From the NCBI GenBank assembly GCA_002393735.1, contig DGTK01000017.1:115544-179543 (forward strand): a DNA stretch of 64,000 bases. The letters are read 5' to 3'. Position 1 is the stretch's first letter; each line of letters opens with the position of its first letter. The position numbers and the translations under genes are program-made. Under the pieces are notes generated by a model, which had not been told where the DNA came from, searched no databases, and was given only the letters and a program-made list of their open reading frames with translations. Positions 1 to 10,274 of this stretch are shown here, piece after piece. This DNA is from Lachnospiraceae bacterium UBA4338. GTDB taxonomy: Bacteria > Bacillota > Clostridia > Lachnospirales > Lachnospiraceae.

Positions 1-866
1 CCTTTGAACCGGAGATAGAGGAATTAGCAAAGGCCCAGAGCCTTGACAGAGAAGAGTGTCTTGATGAACTTAAGAAAATGTATGACGGATATCATTTCAG
101 TCATAATGCAGAGGGTGTATATAATCCTTTCAGTTTAATTAATTCCTTCTCTAAAAAGGAATTCGGTATGTACTGGTTTGCAACAGGAACACCTACTTTT
201 CTTATAGAGAAGCTTAAAGCATCAAACTTCGATGCCAAGAGTTTCACAAAAGATGATTATTATGAGGAAGAAAGCTCTCTTACAGACTACAGAATAGAAA
301 GTACCAACCCTATACCGTTATTCTATCAGACGGGATATCTTACCATTAAGGGGTATGATAAGGAATTCAGAAGTTATGCCCTCGGATATCCAAATGATGA
401 GGTAAAATACGGCTTTCTTAAGAGTCTGGCTCCTTATTATCTTTGTGCAGAAGAAGAACCAAATCCTCTTGATGTAAGAAGTTTTGTTCTTGATATAAGA
501 AAAGGAAATACGGACGGAATCCGGGACAGATTCACAGCTCTTTTCGCTCGTATTCCTTATCCAACTGACGAGAAGTTAATAGAGAATAACTTCCAGAATG
601 TAATCTATATAGTATTTATGCTGCTTGGACAGTACACCAAGGCGGAAGTACATTCATCCAAGGGCAGAGCCGACTGTATAGTTGAAACAGAGAATTTCAT
701 ATATATCTTTGAGTTTAAGAGAGATAAAACCGCTGAAGAAGCATTAAAGCAGATAGAAGATATGGGCTATGATAAGCCTTATGCCGCAGATAAGAGGCAG
801 CTTATTAAGATTGGGGTTAACTTCGATTCCAAGGAAAGAACCGTAAGGGGATGGATGGTGGAATAA
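1..866 (+). CDS. AAA-ATPase-like / PD-(D/E)XK nuclease (PDDEXK_9-type) protein, 5' truncated by the window edge
   Basis: Frame is open from position 3. It carries YDGYHF, VYNPFS, YWFATGTP and a C-terminal GRADCIV...IFEFK nuclease motif typical of this family. Confidence 0.85.
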   Translation, partial: FEPEIEELAKAQSLDREECLDELKKMYDGYHFSHNAEGVYNPFSLINSFSKKEFGMYWFATGTPTFLIEKLKASNFDAKSFTKDDYYEEESSLTDYRIESTNPIPLFYQTGYLTIKGYDKEFRSYALGYPNDEVKYGFLKSLAPYYLCAEEEPNPLDVRSFVLDIRKGNTDGIRDRFTALFARIPYPTDEKLIENNFQNVIYIVFMLLGQYTKAEVHSSKGRADCIVETENFIYIFEFKRDKTAEEALKQIEDMGYDKPYAADKRQLIKIGVNFDSKERTVRGWMVE

Positions 867-870
867 AATA

Positions 871-899
871 TTGTTTTATGCCTTGTTTTTTGATATAAT
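871..899 (+). promoter_or_regulatory. Putative sigma-A promoter
   Basis: TTGTTT-17 nt-TATAAT with an extended TG, upstream of asp23. Confidence 0.5.
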
Positions 900-963
900 T
901 TGTTAAGATATGGGCTTAAAGCCAGACATAAATATATTTAGATATATAACGGAGGATAGAATT

Positions 964-1314
964 ATGAGCGAAAAAAGAATTGGAAGAGTAAGACTTGCTG
1001 ATGATGTAGTGCCGGTTATTGCTTCCATTGCAGCATCCGAAGTAGAAGGTGTTGTCAGTGTTGCTGATAATATGACAAGTGAAATCCTTTCCAAGATGGG
1101 AATGCGTAAGGCTCCTAAGGGCGTTAAAGTATCTATTGAGAATAAAAAGGTTGCAGTTGATATGGCACTTGGTATTGACGCAGGAATCAATGTTCCTGAG
1201 ACCAGTCGTAAGGTTCAGGAGAAGGTTAAGGAAGCCATTGAGGAAATGATTGGTCTTGAAGTTGTTGATGTTAATATCAGAATTGCATCTGTCTTACTTC
1301 CTAAAGGAGAATAA
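964..1314 (+). CDS. Asp23/Gls24 family envelope stress protein
   Basis: LADDVV..IA...EVEGV motif; lies before nusB; GGAGG RBS supports the ATG at 964. Confidence 0.9.
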   Translation: MSEKRIGRVRLADDVVPVIASIAASEVEGVVSVADNMTSEILSKMGMRKAPKGVKVSIENKKVAVDMALGIDAGINVPETSRKVQEKVKEAIEEMIGLEVVDVNIRIASVLLPKGE

Positions 1315-1322
1315 TCCAGGTT

Positions 1323-1724
1323 ATGAGAAGACGCGACTGCAGAGAACAGGTTTTTAAATTGGTTTTTCAATATGATTTCAATCCTGAGGAAGATGCTAAA
1401 TTTACTGAAGACATATTCTTTAAATTTAATTCCGTTAAGCTTGATGACGAAGAATTGTCATATGTAAGTGACAGGTATGAAAAGATTATTGAAAATTTGG
1501 GGGATATAGACAAAAAATTAGATAATTCCATGGAGGGCTGGACCATATCAAGAATTGGTAAAGTGGAACTGGCTCTTCTTCGTGTTGCGGTTTATGAAAT
1601 TATCTATGATGATGATATTGATAAATCAGTTGCAATTAATGAAGCAGTAGAACTTGCTCATAAATTTGGACCTGAAAGGTCAGCATCATTTATAAATGGC
1701 ATTCTCTCCAAAATTGGAGACTGA
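1323..1724 (+). CDS. nusB: Transcription antitermination factor NusB
   Basis: N-terminal RRRxRE, AINEAVELA and FINGIL motifs. Confidence 0.95.
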   Translation: MRRRDCREQVFKLVFQYDFNPEEDAKFTEDIFFKFNSVKLDDEELSYVSDRYEKIIENLGDIDKKLDNSMEGWTISRIGKVELALLRVAVYEIIYDDDIDKSVAINEAVELAHKFGPERSASFINGILSKIGD

Positions 1725-1728
1725 TATA

Positions 1729-2961
1729 TTGGATAGTAATAATATTTTTACCGTTTCTAAATTAAATAATCAAGTCGCCAGAATCCTTAACAATGATTTG
1801 GTTCTAAGTGATATTTATGTCGCAGGCGAAATTAGCAATTATTCCCCTTATAAAAATGGAAATACATATTTTACCTTAAAGGATGCCGGATCAGAGTTAT
1901 CCTGTATTCTTTTTACGCGCTCTTATAAGGGTAATATGGTTGCAGATTTCGGAAATGGCTTGAAGGTGATTCTGCATGGTCATATTAATGTCTATGAAAT
2001 CAAAGGAACCTACAGCCTGATTGTTGATGACATAAAGGTTCAGGGTGAAGGTGATTTGGCTGCCGCCTTCCAGAAACTTAAAGATAAACTTGAGAAGGAT
2101 GGGTTTTTTGATAAGGAATATAAAAGACCGCTTCCCAAATATCCAAAAACTGTTGGTATTGTAACAGCTCCTGGGGGCGCTGCAGTAAGGGATATAATTA
2201 GTATTGCCAAAAAGAAGAATCCTTATGTGCAGCTTATTTTATATCCGGCAATTGTCCAGGGCGATGATGCACTTGATAGTGTAATTAATGGTATTCATGC
2301 TCTTGAAGATTTGGGTGTGGATGTAATGATAGTTGGCAGAGGCGGTGGCTCACTTGAGGATTTGTGGACTTTTAATGAAGAAGCTCTGGCTCATGTGATA
2401 TTTGATTCCACAGTGCCTATTATTTCGGCAGTCGGACATGAGACAGATTATACAATTGCTGACATGGTGGCAGATGTAAGGGCCGAGACGCCCACAAAGG
2501 GAGCAGAACTTGCGGTGCCTGATTTTGCACAGATTGCAGAGAGATATAATCGTATATATGAGCAGCTGGATGACTATATATACAGTTACATAGATGATAG
2601 AGGAAAAAGGAAGTTACAGTATTTATCTGCCAGACTTAAGGCTGTATCTCCTGAGAATAAAGCAGTTCAGAAAAGACTTTTGCTGGGTACAAAAGAAGAA
2701 GCACTGGACAGGAACTTTAAACTCTTAATTGAGAGAAAGAAAAATAAACTGAAAATGCTTTCCATGCAGCTTCAAAGTCTTAATCCTGAAAAGCAGTTTT
2801 CTGACGGAATATGTTATGTCCTTGATAAGGATGGAAATAAGGTTAAGGACATATCGGGCATTAAAGAAAATGATAATGTCAAAATCGTGCTTAAAGGCGG
2901 AGAAGCAGGTGCAACCATTAATGATGTTACACTTAGAGATTTAGAAACTAAAGAGGAATAA
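1729..2961 (+). CDS. xseA: Exodeoxyribonuclease VII large subunit
   Basis: GEISN, RGGGSLEDLW, SAVGHETD and TPT motifs. Likely TTG start at 1729 after GGAG. Confidence 0.95.
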   Translation: MDSNNIFTVSKLNNQVARILNNDLVLSDIYVAGEISNYSPYKNGNTYFTLKDAGSELSCILFTRSYKGNMVADFGNGLKVILHGHINVYEIKGTYSLIVDDIKVQGEGDLAAAFQKLKDKLEKDGFFDKEYKRPLPKYPKTVGIVTAPGGAAVRDIISIAKKKNPYVQLILYPAIVQGDDALDSVINGIHALEDLGVDVMIVGRGGGSLEDLWTFNEEALAHVIFDSTVPIISAVGHETDYTIADMVADVRAETPTKGAELAVPDFAQIAERYNRIYEQLDDYIYSYIDDRGKRKLQYLSARLKAVSPENKAVQKRLLLGTKEEALDRNFKLLIERKKNKLKMLSMQLQSLNPEKQFSDGICYVLDKDGNKVKDISGIKENDNVKIVLKGGEAGATINDVTLRDLETKEE

Positions 2962-2962
2962 T

Positions 2963-3190
2963 ATGGCAGCAAATAAAGAAATAGCAAATGAAACAACTCT
3001 GGAAGAGGATTTTGAAACTTTAGAAAATCTTATTAAGGAATTATCAAAAGATGATGTGAATATTGAAGAAGCCTTTGCCAAATATGAGCAGGGACTTAAA
3101 CTTCTTAAAAACTGTAATGAGAAAATCGACACAATCGAAAAGAAGGTTCAGGTACTTACAGAGTCTTTGGAATTAAAGGATTTTGAATAG
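2963..3190 (+). CDS. xseB: Exodeoxyribonuclease VII small subunit
   Basis: 75 aa helical protein (LEE.F..LE..I...YEQG) directly after xseA. Confidence 0.93.
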   Translation: MAANKEIANETTLEEDFETLENLIKELSKDDVNIEEAFAKYEQGLKLLKNCNEKIDTIEKKVQVLTESLELKDFE

Positions 3191-3195
3191 GAGTT

Positions 3196-4098
3196 ATGAT
3201 GGATAAGGAAACTCTTGTAAAGCATATTGATGAAGTACAAAATATAATTTATAAGTTCTGCCCTGAAGAAAAGGGCGATCAGAAAAGAGTAATGGAAGCT
3301 ATGAATTACTCATATAAGGCAGGAGGCAAGAGGTTAAGGCCAATGCTCATGCTTGAAAGTTTCAGGCTTCTGGGCGGTAAGGATGAAAGCATATGTTATC
3401 CTTTTATGGCAGCCCTTGAAATGATTCATACCTATTCACTTATTCATGACGATCTTCCGGCAATGGATAATGATGATTTAAGAAGGGGCAAGCCCACCAA
3501 TCATAAGATGTTTGATGAGGCCACAGCAATTCTTGCAGGTGACGGACTTCTTAATCTTGCTTTTGAAACTGCAGCAGATGCAATGTATAAGTGCGATAAT
3601 GATGAAGACCGTCTTAATATGATTAAAGCTAACAGAATTCTTTCAACCAAAGCCGGCATATATGGCATGATAGGCGGTCAGATGGCAGATATAATCGGAG
3701 AGAGTAATAAGGATATTACACTTGATGAAATAATGTTCATCCATGAACATAAAACAGCCTGCCTGATTGAGTCGGCATTATGCATAGGTGCAGCCCTTGC
3801 AGGTGCTTCAGATGAGATTATTGAAAAAATGAAAGAAATTGCATCCCTTGTGGGAATTGCATTTCAGATTCAGGATGATATACTTGATGTTACAAGTACA
3901 ACAGAGGAACTTGGTAAATTAGTGGGTTCTGATGAGAAGAATGAAAAGATAACTTATATAACTTTAGTTGGTCTTGATAAGGCAATTAAAGACCAGAAAG
4001 ATATGTCTAACAAAGCTATTGAGTTATTGGATGAGATTAAAAATGGAGATTCCTTCTTAAAGGAGTTAATTATTAGTCTGACTGACAGACGTAATTAG
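3196..4098 (+). CDS. ispA: Polyprenyl (farnesyl diphosphate) synthase
   Basis: GGKRLRP, HDDLPAMDNDDLRRG and FQIQDDILD motifs. Confidence 0.93.
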   Translation: MMDKETLVKHIDEVQNIIYKFCPEEKGDQKRVMEAMNYSYKAGGKRLRPMLMLESFRLLGGKDESICYPFMAALEMIHTYSLIHDDLPAMDNDDLRRGKPTNHKMFDEATAILAGDGLLNLAFETAADAMYKCDNDEDRLNMIKANRILSTKAGIYGMIGGQMADIIGESNKDITLDEIMFIHEHKTACLIESALCIGAALAGASDEIIEKMKEIASLVGIAFQIQDDILDVTSTTEELGKLVGSDEKNEKITYITLVGLDKAIKDQKDMSNKAIELLDEIKNGDSFLKELIISLTDRRN

Positions 4099-4109
4099 GA
4101 CAAAAACTT

Positions 4110-5969
4110 ATGTATCTTGAAAAAATCAAAAAACCGAATGATATAAAAAAGATTCCTAAGAATGCTTTGCCTGATCTGGCACAGGAAATCAGGGAATTTC
4201 TGATTAATTCTATCAGCATAACAGGTGGACACCTTGCTGCAAATCTTGGTGTTGTAGAACTTACAATGGCTCTTCATCTGGTTATGGATTTCCCGGAAGA
4301 CAAGCTTATCTGGGATGTAGGACATCAGTGCTATACTCATAAAATACTTACCGGAAGAAAAGACGGTTTTGCCAATCTTCGTAAGTTTGGAGGCATGGCA
4401 GGCTTCCCTAAGACATCAGAGAGTGACTGTGATGCTTTTAATACAGGACACAGTTCCACATCCATTTCGGCAGGTCTTGGAATGGCTATGGCAAGAACGC
4501 TTGACGGGAAGAACAATATGGTTGTATCTGTTATCGGAGATGGCTCCTTAACAGGTGGTATGGCATATGAAGCATTTAATAATGCAGCCAAGATGAATAC
4601 ACCATTTATTATTATTCTTAATGATAATAATATGTCTATTTCTGAAAATGTTGGTGGTGTAAGTTCATACTTAAACAGCATAAGAACAGCAGAGGCTTAT
4701 ATAGATTTAAAGGATGAAGTTAAGGAGAGACTTGCCAGTGTGCCAAGAGGCGAAATGATGATTCATGGCATCTCTAAAGCAAAGTCCAAATTTAAGAATC
4801 TTGTAATTCCGGGCACTATTTTTGAAAGTATGGGAGTTACTTATTTAGGACCGGTGGACGGTCATGATATTAATGCCATTGTGAAGGTTTTAAAGAATGC
4901 CAAGAGATGTAAAACACCTGTTGTTGTTCATGTACTTACAAAGAAAGGAAAAGGCTTTGAACCTGCTGAGAAACATCCGGCAAGATTTCACGGCGCTGAA
5001 CCTTTCCTGATTGAGAATGGTCTTCCTTCACATCCGAAGACCAAGCCTAATTATCAGGATATATTCTCTACGGTTATGTGTAAGATGGGCGGCATAAATG
5101 ACAAGATTGTTGCCATTACCGCAGCGATGCCTGACGGAACCGGACTTAAGAGATTCAAGAATATGTATCCTGACAGATTCTTTGATGTGGGCATAGCCGA
5201 AGAGCATGCGGTAACCTTCGCAGCCGGTATGGCCATGGGTGGATATATTCCGATTTTTGCGGTTTATTCATCATTCTTACAAAGAGGATATGACCAGATT
5301 ATTCACGATGTGTGCCTGCAAAAACTCCATGTGGTATTCGCCATAGACAGAGCAGGAATGGTGGGAAGTGATGGTGAGACGCACCAGGGTATTTTTGATC
5401 TTTCTTACCTTTCAAGCATTCCTAATCTTACAGTTATGGCACCCAAGAATAAATGGGAACTGGCGGACATGCTTAAATATGCCATAAGATATGACGGCCC
5501 TATTGCCATAAGATATCCAAGAGGGGAAGCTTATGACGGACTGGAAGACCACAGATTAAGACTTACATATGGTAAGAGTGAAACCATATATGAAGGAGAG
5601 CGGGTGTGTCTTTATGCTGTGGGCAGCATGGTTAAAGAGGCAGTTGTTATAAGAGAAAGACTAATGGAAGAAGGTATTAACGCAGGTGTGGTAAATGCCA
5701 GATTCGTTAAACCTATAGACTGTAAAACCATTGATAAAATCGCCAAGAAATATGAACTCATTGTCACAATGGAGGAGAATGTTCTAAACGGCGGATTCGG
5801 CGAGAAGGTGGACAGCTATATCGAAGAGAATTCTCTCAGCACCGGAGTGCTTAATATCGGTATCAATGATACATTCGTGGAACACGGCAGCGTGGATAAA
5901 CTCTATGAAGTTGTAGGCATCGATGCGGATGCGGTTATAAAGAAAATCAAAGATAAATTACAGAAATAA
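4110..5969 (+). CDS. dxs: 1-deoxy-D-xylulose-5-phosphate synthase
   Basis: WDVGHQ, GDGSLTGG TPP motif, DRAG and DGETHQG. Confidence 0.97.
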   Translation: MYLEKIKKPNDIKKIPKNALPDLAQEIREFLINSISITGGHLAANLGVVELTMALHLVMDFPEDKLIWDVGHQCYTHKILTGRKDGFANLRKFGGMAGFPKTSESDCDAFNTGHSSTSISAGLGMAMARTLDGKNNMVVSVIGDGSLTGGMAYEAFNNAAKMNTPFIIILNDNNMSISENVGGVSSYLNSIRTAEAYIDLKDEVKERLASVPRGEMMIHGISKAKSKFKNLVIPGTIFESMGVTYLGPVDGHDINAIVKVLKNAKRCKTPVVVHVLTKKGKGFEPAEKHPARFHGAEPFLIENGLPSHPKTKPNYQDIFSTVMCKMGGINDKIVAITAAMPDGTGLKRFKNMYPDRFFDVGIAEEHAVTFAAGMAMGGYIPIFAVYSSFLQRGYDQIIHDVCLQKLHVVFAIDRAGMVGSDGETHQGIFDLSYLSSIPNLTVMAPKNKWELADMLKYAIRYDGPIAIRYPRGEAYDGLEDHRLRLTYGKSETIYEGERVCLYAVGSMVKEAVVIRERLMEEGINAGVVNARFVKPIDCKTIDKIAKKYELIVTMEENVLNGGFGEKVDSYIEENSLSTGVLNIGINDTFVEHGSVDKLYEVVGIDADAVIKKIKDKLQK

Positions 5970-5980
5970 ACAGGTATTGT

Positions 5981-6787
5981 ATGAAAGTAAGATTAGATGT
6001 GCTTTTGGTTAATCTTGGTCTTGCACCTTCAAGAGAAAAAGCCAAAGCAATAATAATGTCCGGTATTGTCTATGTGAACGGACAAAAGGAAGATAAATGC
6101 GGCGATACTTTTGATGATGAGACATCTAAAGTTGAAGTCAGGGGAAAGACTTTAAAATACGTAAGCCGTGGCGGTCTTAAACTGGAAAAGGCCATTGAGG
6201 TATATAATCTTAATTTTAACAATATGATATGTATGGATATAGGGGCTTCTACCGGCGGTTTTACAGACTGTATGCTGCAAAATGGTGCAGCCAAAGTATA
6301 TTCCATAGATGTGGGACACGGACAACTTGACTGGCGTTTAAGAAATGATGAAAGAGTAGTCTGCATGGAAAAAACAAATTTCAGATATCTTACCAAAGCA
6401 GATATTCCTGATAAAATTGATTTTGCATCATGTGACGTATCCTTCATTTCACTTGATAAAATCCTGCCACCTGCCTATGATATACTTGAAGACGGGGCTG
6501 AAATGGTTTGTTTAATAAAGCCTCAGTTTGAGACAAGTAAGGATAAGGTTGGTAAAAAGGGAGTAGTCAGAGACAAGTACGTTCATAAAGAAGTAATCAA
6601 AAAGGTTATGGATATAAGTCTTGAAACAGGGTTTGGAATTCTTAATCTTGATTATTCGCCAATAAGAGGGCCGGAAGGCAATATAGAATATCTTTTATAT
6701 TTAAAGAAAAATGGAGAAAGTATGGATAATCTTTCTGAATTAATTGAAGAAAAGGTAAGATTATCTCATGAAGAACTGGACAGTTAG
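5981..6787 (+). CDS. tlyA: TlyA family rRNA methyltransferase
   Basis: S4-like N-terminus, YVSRGGLKL, DIGASTGGFTD, LIKPQFE. Confidence 0.95.
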   Translation: MKVRLDVLLVNLGLAPSREKAKAIIMSGIVYVNGQKEDKCGDTFDDETSKVEVRGKTLKYVSRGGLKLEKAIEVYNLNFNNMICMDIGASTGGFTDCMLQNGAAKVYSIDVGHGQLDWRLRNDERVVCMEKTNFRYLTKADIPDKIDFASCDVSFISLDKILPPAYDILEDGAEMVCLIKPQFETSKDKVGKKGVVRDKYVHKEVIKKVMDISLETGFGILNLDYSPIRGPEGNIEYLLYLKKNGESMDNLSELIEEKVRLSHEELDS

Positions 6788-6795
6788 GGGAAGTT

Positions 6796-7647
6796 ATGAG
6801 GAAATTTGCGGTTATATGCAATATTGAAAAAGATATTAATGGAGGCCTGTGCGATCAGGTCTGCGATTATCTTGAAGAAAAAGATTGCGAATATTGCAAA
6901 ATTACATATACAAACAGATTCGCCTCTGAGGAATCTCTGGACAGGGATTATGACGCAGAAGGAGCAATAGTTCTTGGAGGTGATGGAACCATTCTTAGAA
7001 CTGTAAGATTCCTTGGGGATCGTCAGATACCTATTCTGGGTATAAATTTGGGTCATTTAGGCTATTTAACTTCCGTAGATAAAAAAGAATACAGGCTTGC
7101 CATTGATAAGCTTATTGATGATGATTACGATATCAGCGAGCGTATGCTCATCAGAGGCTTTATCAAAAGAGATGGCGAAGTAATTAAAACTGTGGATTCA
7201 CTTAATGATATTGTTATATCAAGAAGTGGTACATTATCCACCCTCAATTATGATATTATTGTTAATGGCAGGATGCTTAAGAGTTATTCGGCGGATGGTG
7301 TTATTCTGTCAACGCCAACCGGTTCAACTGCTTATAATCTTTCAGCAGGAGGACCTATAGCATTCCCTGAGGGTAAACTCATTATTGTTACTCCTGTTTC
7401 GCCTCATACACTTATGAACAGAAGTATCATATTTAATGCCAGCGACGAAGTGGTTATTAAGATTGGCGCTCCTCATGACATAAAAGAAGGACAGAGCGTA
7501 TCTGTAAGTTTCGATGGTGGAGAGGATGTTATTCTTAAGACCGGTGATGAAATATATGCATCAAGTTCTGCTGAAAAAGTTAAGCTTGTTTTAATTAAAG
7601 AACAAAGCTTCCTGGATGTTCTTTATACCAAAATGAAAGAAAATTAA
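6796..7647 (+). CDS. nadK: NAD kinase
   Basis: LGGDGT, ND and STPTGSTAYNLSAGGP motifs. Confidence 0.95.
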   Translation: MRKFAVICNIEKDINGGLCDQVCDYLEEKDCEYCKITYTNRFASEESLDRDYDAEGAIVLGGDGTILRTVRFLGDRQIPILGINLGHLGYLTSVDKKEYRLAIDKLIDDDYDISERMLIRGFIKRDGEVIKTVDSLNDIVISRSGTLSTLNYDIIVNGRMLKSYSADGVILSTPTGSTAYNLSAGGPIAFPEGKLIIVTPVSPHTLMNRSIIFNASDEVVIKIGAPHDIKEGQSVSVSFDGGEDVILKTGDEIYASSSAEKVKLVLIKEQSFLDVLYTKMKEN

Positions 7648-7649
7648 AC

Positions 7650-8087
7650 ATGAAAAATTCAAGACAGGAAAAAATAATTGAATTAATTAATAAATTTGAT
7701 ATAGAAACTCAGGAAGAATTATGTACAAAATTGTCTGAAGAGGGGTATAATGTTACTCAGGCGACTGTATCAAGAGATATAAGAGCCTTAAATCTTGTTA
7801 AAAAAAGTTCAGATAATAAGAGACAGAAATATTCTGTTAATATTGCACAGGATGAAAGCAATATTAAATATCAAAGAATAATATATGATGGGGTTGTTTC
7901 AATGGATACAGCCCAGAATATTCTGGTTATTAAGACCAGATCCGGAATGGCAATGGCGGTTGCGGCGGCAATTGATAATCTGAATATAGAGAAGATAATC
8001 GGTTCCATTGCAGGTGATGATACCATCATGGCAGCCTGTAAAACTTCGGAAGATGCCAAACTTGTTTGTGAGATGTTGAATAATTAA
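7650..8087 (+). CDS. argR: Arginine repressor
   Basis: TQEEL, TQATVSRDI and GSIAGDDT motifs. Confidence 0.95.
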   Translation: MKNSRQEKIIELINKFDIETQEELCTKLSEEGYNVTQATVSRDIRALNLVKKSSDNKRQKYSVNIAQDESNIKYQRIIYDGVVSMDTAQNILVIKTRSGMAMAVAAAIDNLNIEKIIGSIAGDDTIMAACKTSEDAKLVCEMLNN

Positions 8088-8104
8088 TTTAAGAGGTTTT
8101 TATC

Positions 8105-10237
8105 ATGACACTTAAAAAATTTATAACAATTGTTTCTTTGTACAGCGTAGCGCTTATAATCTGCATATTCTGCTTAAAGCCATTTGCAAATATGCTCAAG
8201 ACGCCTGTAGATATTAATACTGTATCCGACTGGTCCACATTTAAGAGCGGTACCAGAGTTAAAGGTGATATCACAATTGTTTATGATTGTTATTTTAGAA
8301 AAACTGCAGGTAATTATGTTGCAGGTACCATTGAAGCTCAGGACAAGGATTCCGTAAGAGGTTATTTTATTACTAATGGTAATTTCACTGAGGATAATAC
8401 ACAGTATGAAATTACTCAGTATTTAACATATACATCTCCAAGGAAATATTATAAGACTTTAGATGCCATGACGGCTGAAATGAGAGCATGGGAAAAAGAA
8501 TCATCTATTGAACCTGTTTCTTATGATGGCTTCTTAACAACAACATTTCATGTTGATGGATATCTGGTAAAGATTTCAGGTAAGGAAAAAGAATCTGCAA
8601 TCAGTTATCTTAACCTTGCAGGAATGGCTACATATGATGCAGAAAAGGCTCTTGTTCCTTATAAGATTAAGCAGGTACAAATATGGATTCCTGCAACATT
8701 TTTAGGAATTGCTTTATTATGCATAGTGGCAGCAACTCTTCTTCTTGTAATTCGTAAGAAAGTTGTTGAAAACGGTATTACACTTCCCGGAGAGAAGGCT
8801 CCTGCATATAAAGATGATTATGATATTAAAGATACAGATGATATCTTTAGAACACCGGCTCCTTCATTGGCCAAGAAGAGCAGTCCTAAACCATCTGCGC
8901 CTTCCTTTGCCAGGAAGAATGGGCCTAAAGCAGAAGAACCAAAGGTTGACCCTATTGTTGTACCTCGTTCTCCTGTTATGAAGTCAATTATTGAAGAAGA
9001 AAAAGAAGAAAAAGAGGCTGCTTTGGAGCAGGCTAAAGAGGAAGAACTTGCAAGATATCTTGTAGGCAATGATGGCGGTGTAGTTATTGATACCGAGGAA
9101 GAAGAAGATACATATGTTGTTCCTTCATTAGAGGAATATGCTAAAGAATATAAGGAAAATGGCGGTGAAACAATTGGAGCCAATATATTTAAACAGGCTC
9201 AGAATGAGGCTGCAAAGTCTCCATATGAGACAACTGTTGATGAGAGTGCTTTATTTGGAACTGCTGTAATTGGTGCAACTGCGGCTTCTGCAGCTGGTAC
9301 ATCTACAGCAAGCACATCTACAGGCAGTACGTCCTCATTTAGCTCTATGGGATCATTCTCATCGGCCGGTTCATTTACATCAGCAGGATCATTTACATCA
9401 GCTGGTTCATTCTCATCAGCCGGATCCTTCTCATCAGCTTCCGGTTCTGCTACAAGTAATAATTATGGCTTTGGTAATACCAAGACATCAACAAAGAAGG
9501 AAACTTATGGAAGCGCATTACTTGGCGCTGCACCTAAGAGACTTGCAAATTATGATGATGAACCTGAACCGGTTAAAACATTTGCTAATTATGATGATGA
9601 ACCATCCACAGAAAGCACATTTGTTGATACTCCTGTAAGTCTTGCTGAAATAGAAGCAGATAATCCGTATATTGTACATAATACTCCAAGTTATTCGAAA
9701 GAGGAGAAGTCCAACTTTGGAAGTGCTTTACTTAAGAAAGACGGAGTACCTTTATTTGCATCATCTACTCCAACTTATCCGTCAGGAGAAGGAACTCCTT
9801 TTGGTTCATACAGTGGTCAGGAAACCTTTAGTGCGGCAAGTTCAATTCCGCCTTCAGGCTTCAGTGCAAATAGTGATTCATACAGTAATTCATTTACAGT
9901 TTCTGAGAATAATGTATCCAGTACAGCAACCGGTGGTGGTACATATGGAACCAATTCATATGGTTCATCGATTAAAGGATTCTCAGCATTTAAACCGGGT
10001 GTTAAACCTGCAGGTCTCAAGAATAAACCTGCCACATCTTCTAATGATAATATTGGCAGTAGTTTATATAATAAGTCCAGGAATACCGGAGTTTCCAACG
10101 ATATTTACGGACAAAGCTTATTCAATTCAGCAATGGGTTCAACATATATTCCTCCAAAGCGTAAGGATGAGGAAGATGATGGATATGTTGCCAAGAAGAG
10201 CTATGGTATAGGAAAGAAGAAAACTGAAGAAGAATAA
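8105..10237 (+). CDS. Hypothetical membrane protein: two TM segments flanking a ~165 aa domain, plus a ~490 aa low-complexity tail
   Basis: 710 aa ORF with GAGG RBS; hydrophobic at aa ~5-25 and ~194-216; tail rich in S/T/G/E/P. Confidence 0.8.
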   Translation: MTLKKFITIVSLYSVALIICIFCLKPFANMLKTPVDINTVSDWSTFKSGTRVKGDITIVYDCYFRKTAGNYVAGTIEAQDKDSVRGYFITNGNFTEDNTQYEITQYLTYTSPRKYYKTLDAMTAEMRAWEKESSIEPVSYDGFLTTTFHVDGYLVKISGKEKESAISYLNLAGMATYDAEKALVPYKIKQVQIWIPATFLGIALLCIVAATLLLVIRKKVVENGITLPGEKAPAYKDDYDIKDTDDIFRTPAPSLAKKSSPKPSAPSFARKNGPKAEEPKVDPIVVPRSPVMKSIIEEEKEEKEAALEQAKEEELARYLVGNDGGVVIDTEEEEDTYVVPSLEEYAKEYKENGGETIGANIFKQAQNEAAKSPYETTVDESALFGTAVIGATAASAAGTSTASTSTGSTSSFSSMGSFSSAGSFTSAGSFTSAGSFSSAGSFSSASGSATSNNYGFGNTKTSTKKETYGSALLGAAPKRLANYDDEPEPVKTFANYDDEPSTESTFVDTPVSLAEIEADNPYIVHNTPSYSKEEKSNFGSALLKKDGVPLFASSTPTYPSGEGTPFGSYSGQETFSAASSIPPSGFSANSDSYSNSFTVSENNVSSTATGGGTYGTNSYGSSIKGFSAFKPGVKPAGLKNKPATSSNDNIGSSLYNKSRNTGVSNDIYGQSLFNSAMGSTYIPPKRKDEEDDGYVAKKSYGIGKKKTEEE
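9350..9439 (+). repeat. Intragenic 18-bp tandem repeat, 5 copies, encoding GSF(S/T)SA
   Basis: ggatcattctcatcggcc / ggttcatttacatcagca / ggatcatttacatcagct / ggttcattctcatcagcc / ggatccttctcatcagct. Confidence 0.9.
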
Positions 10238-10274
10238 TAACATAATGCCTTGAAATGAGAGATTAGGAGGAGTT

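Noticed and set aside
9270-10211. Alternative-frame ORFs of 122 and 179 aa (His/Gln-rich)
   Set aside because: Off-frame by-products of Ser-rich low-complexity codons in the 710-aa gene.
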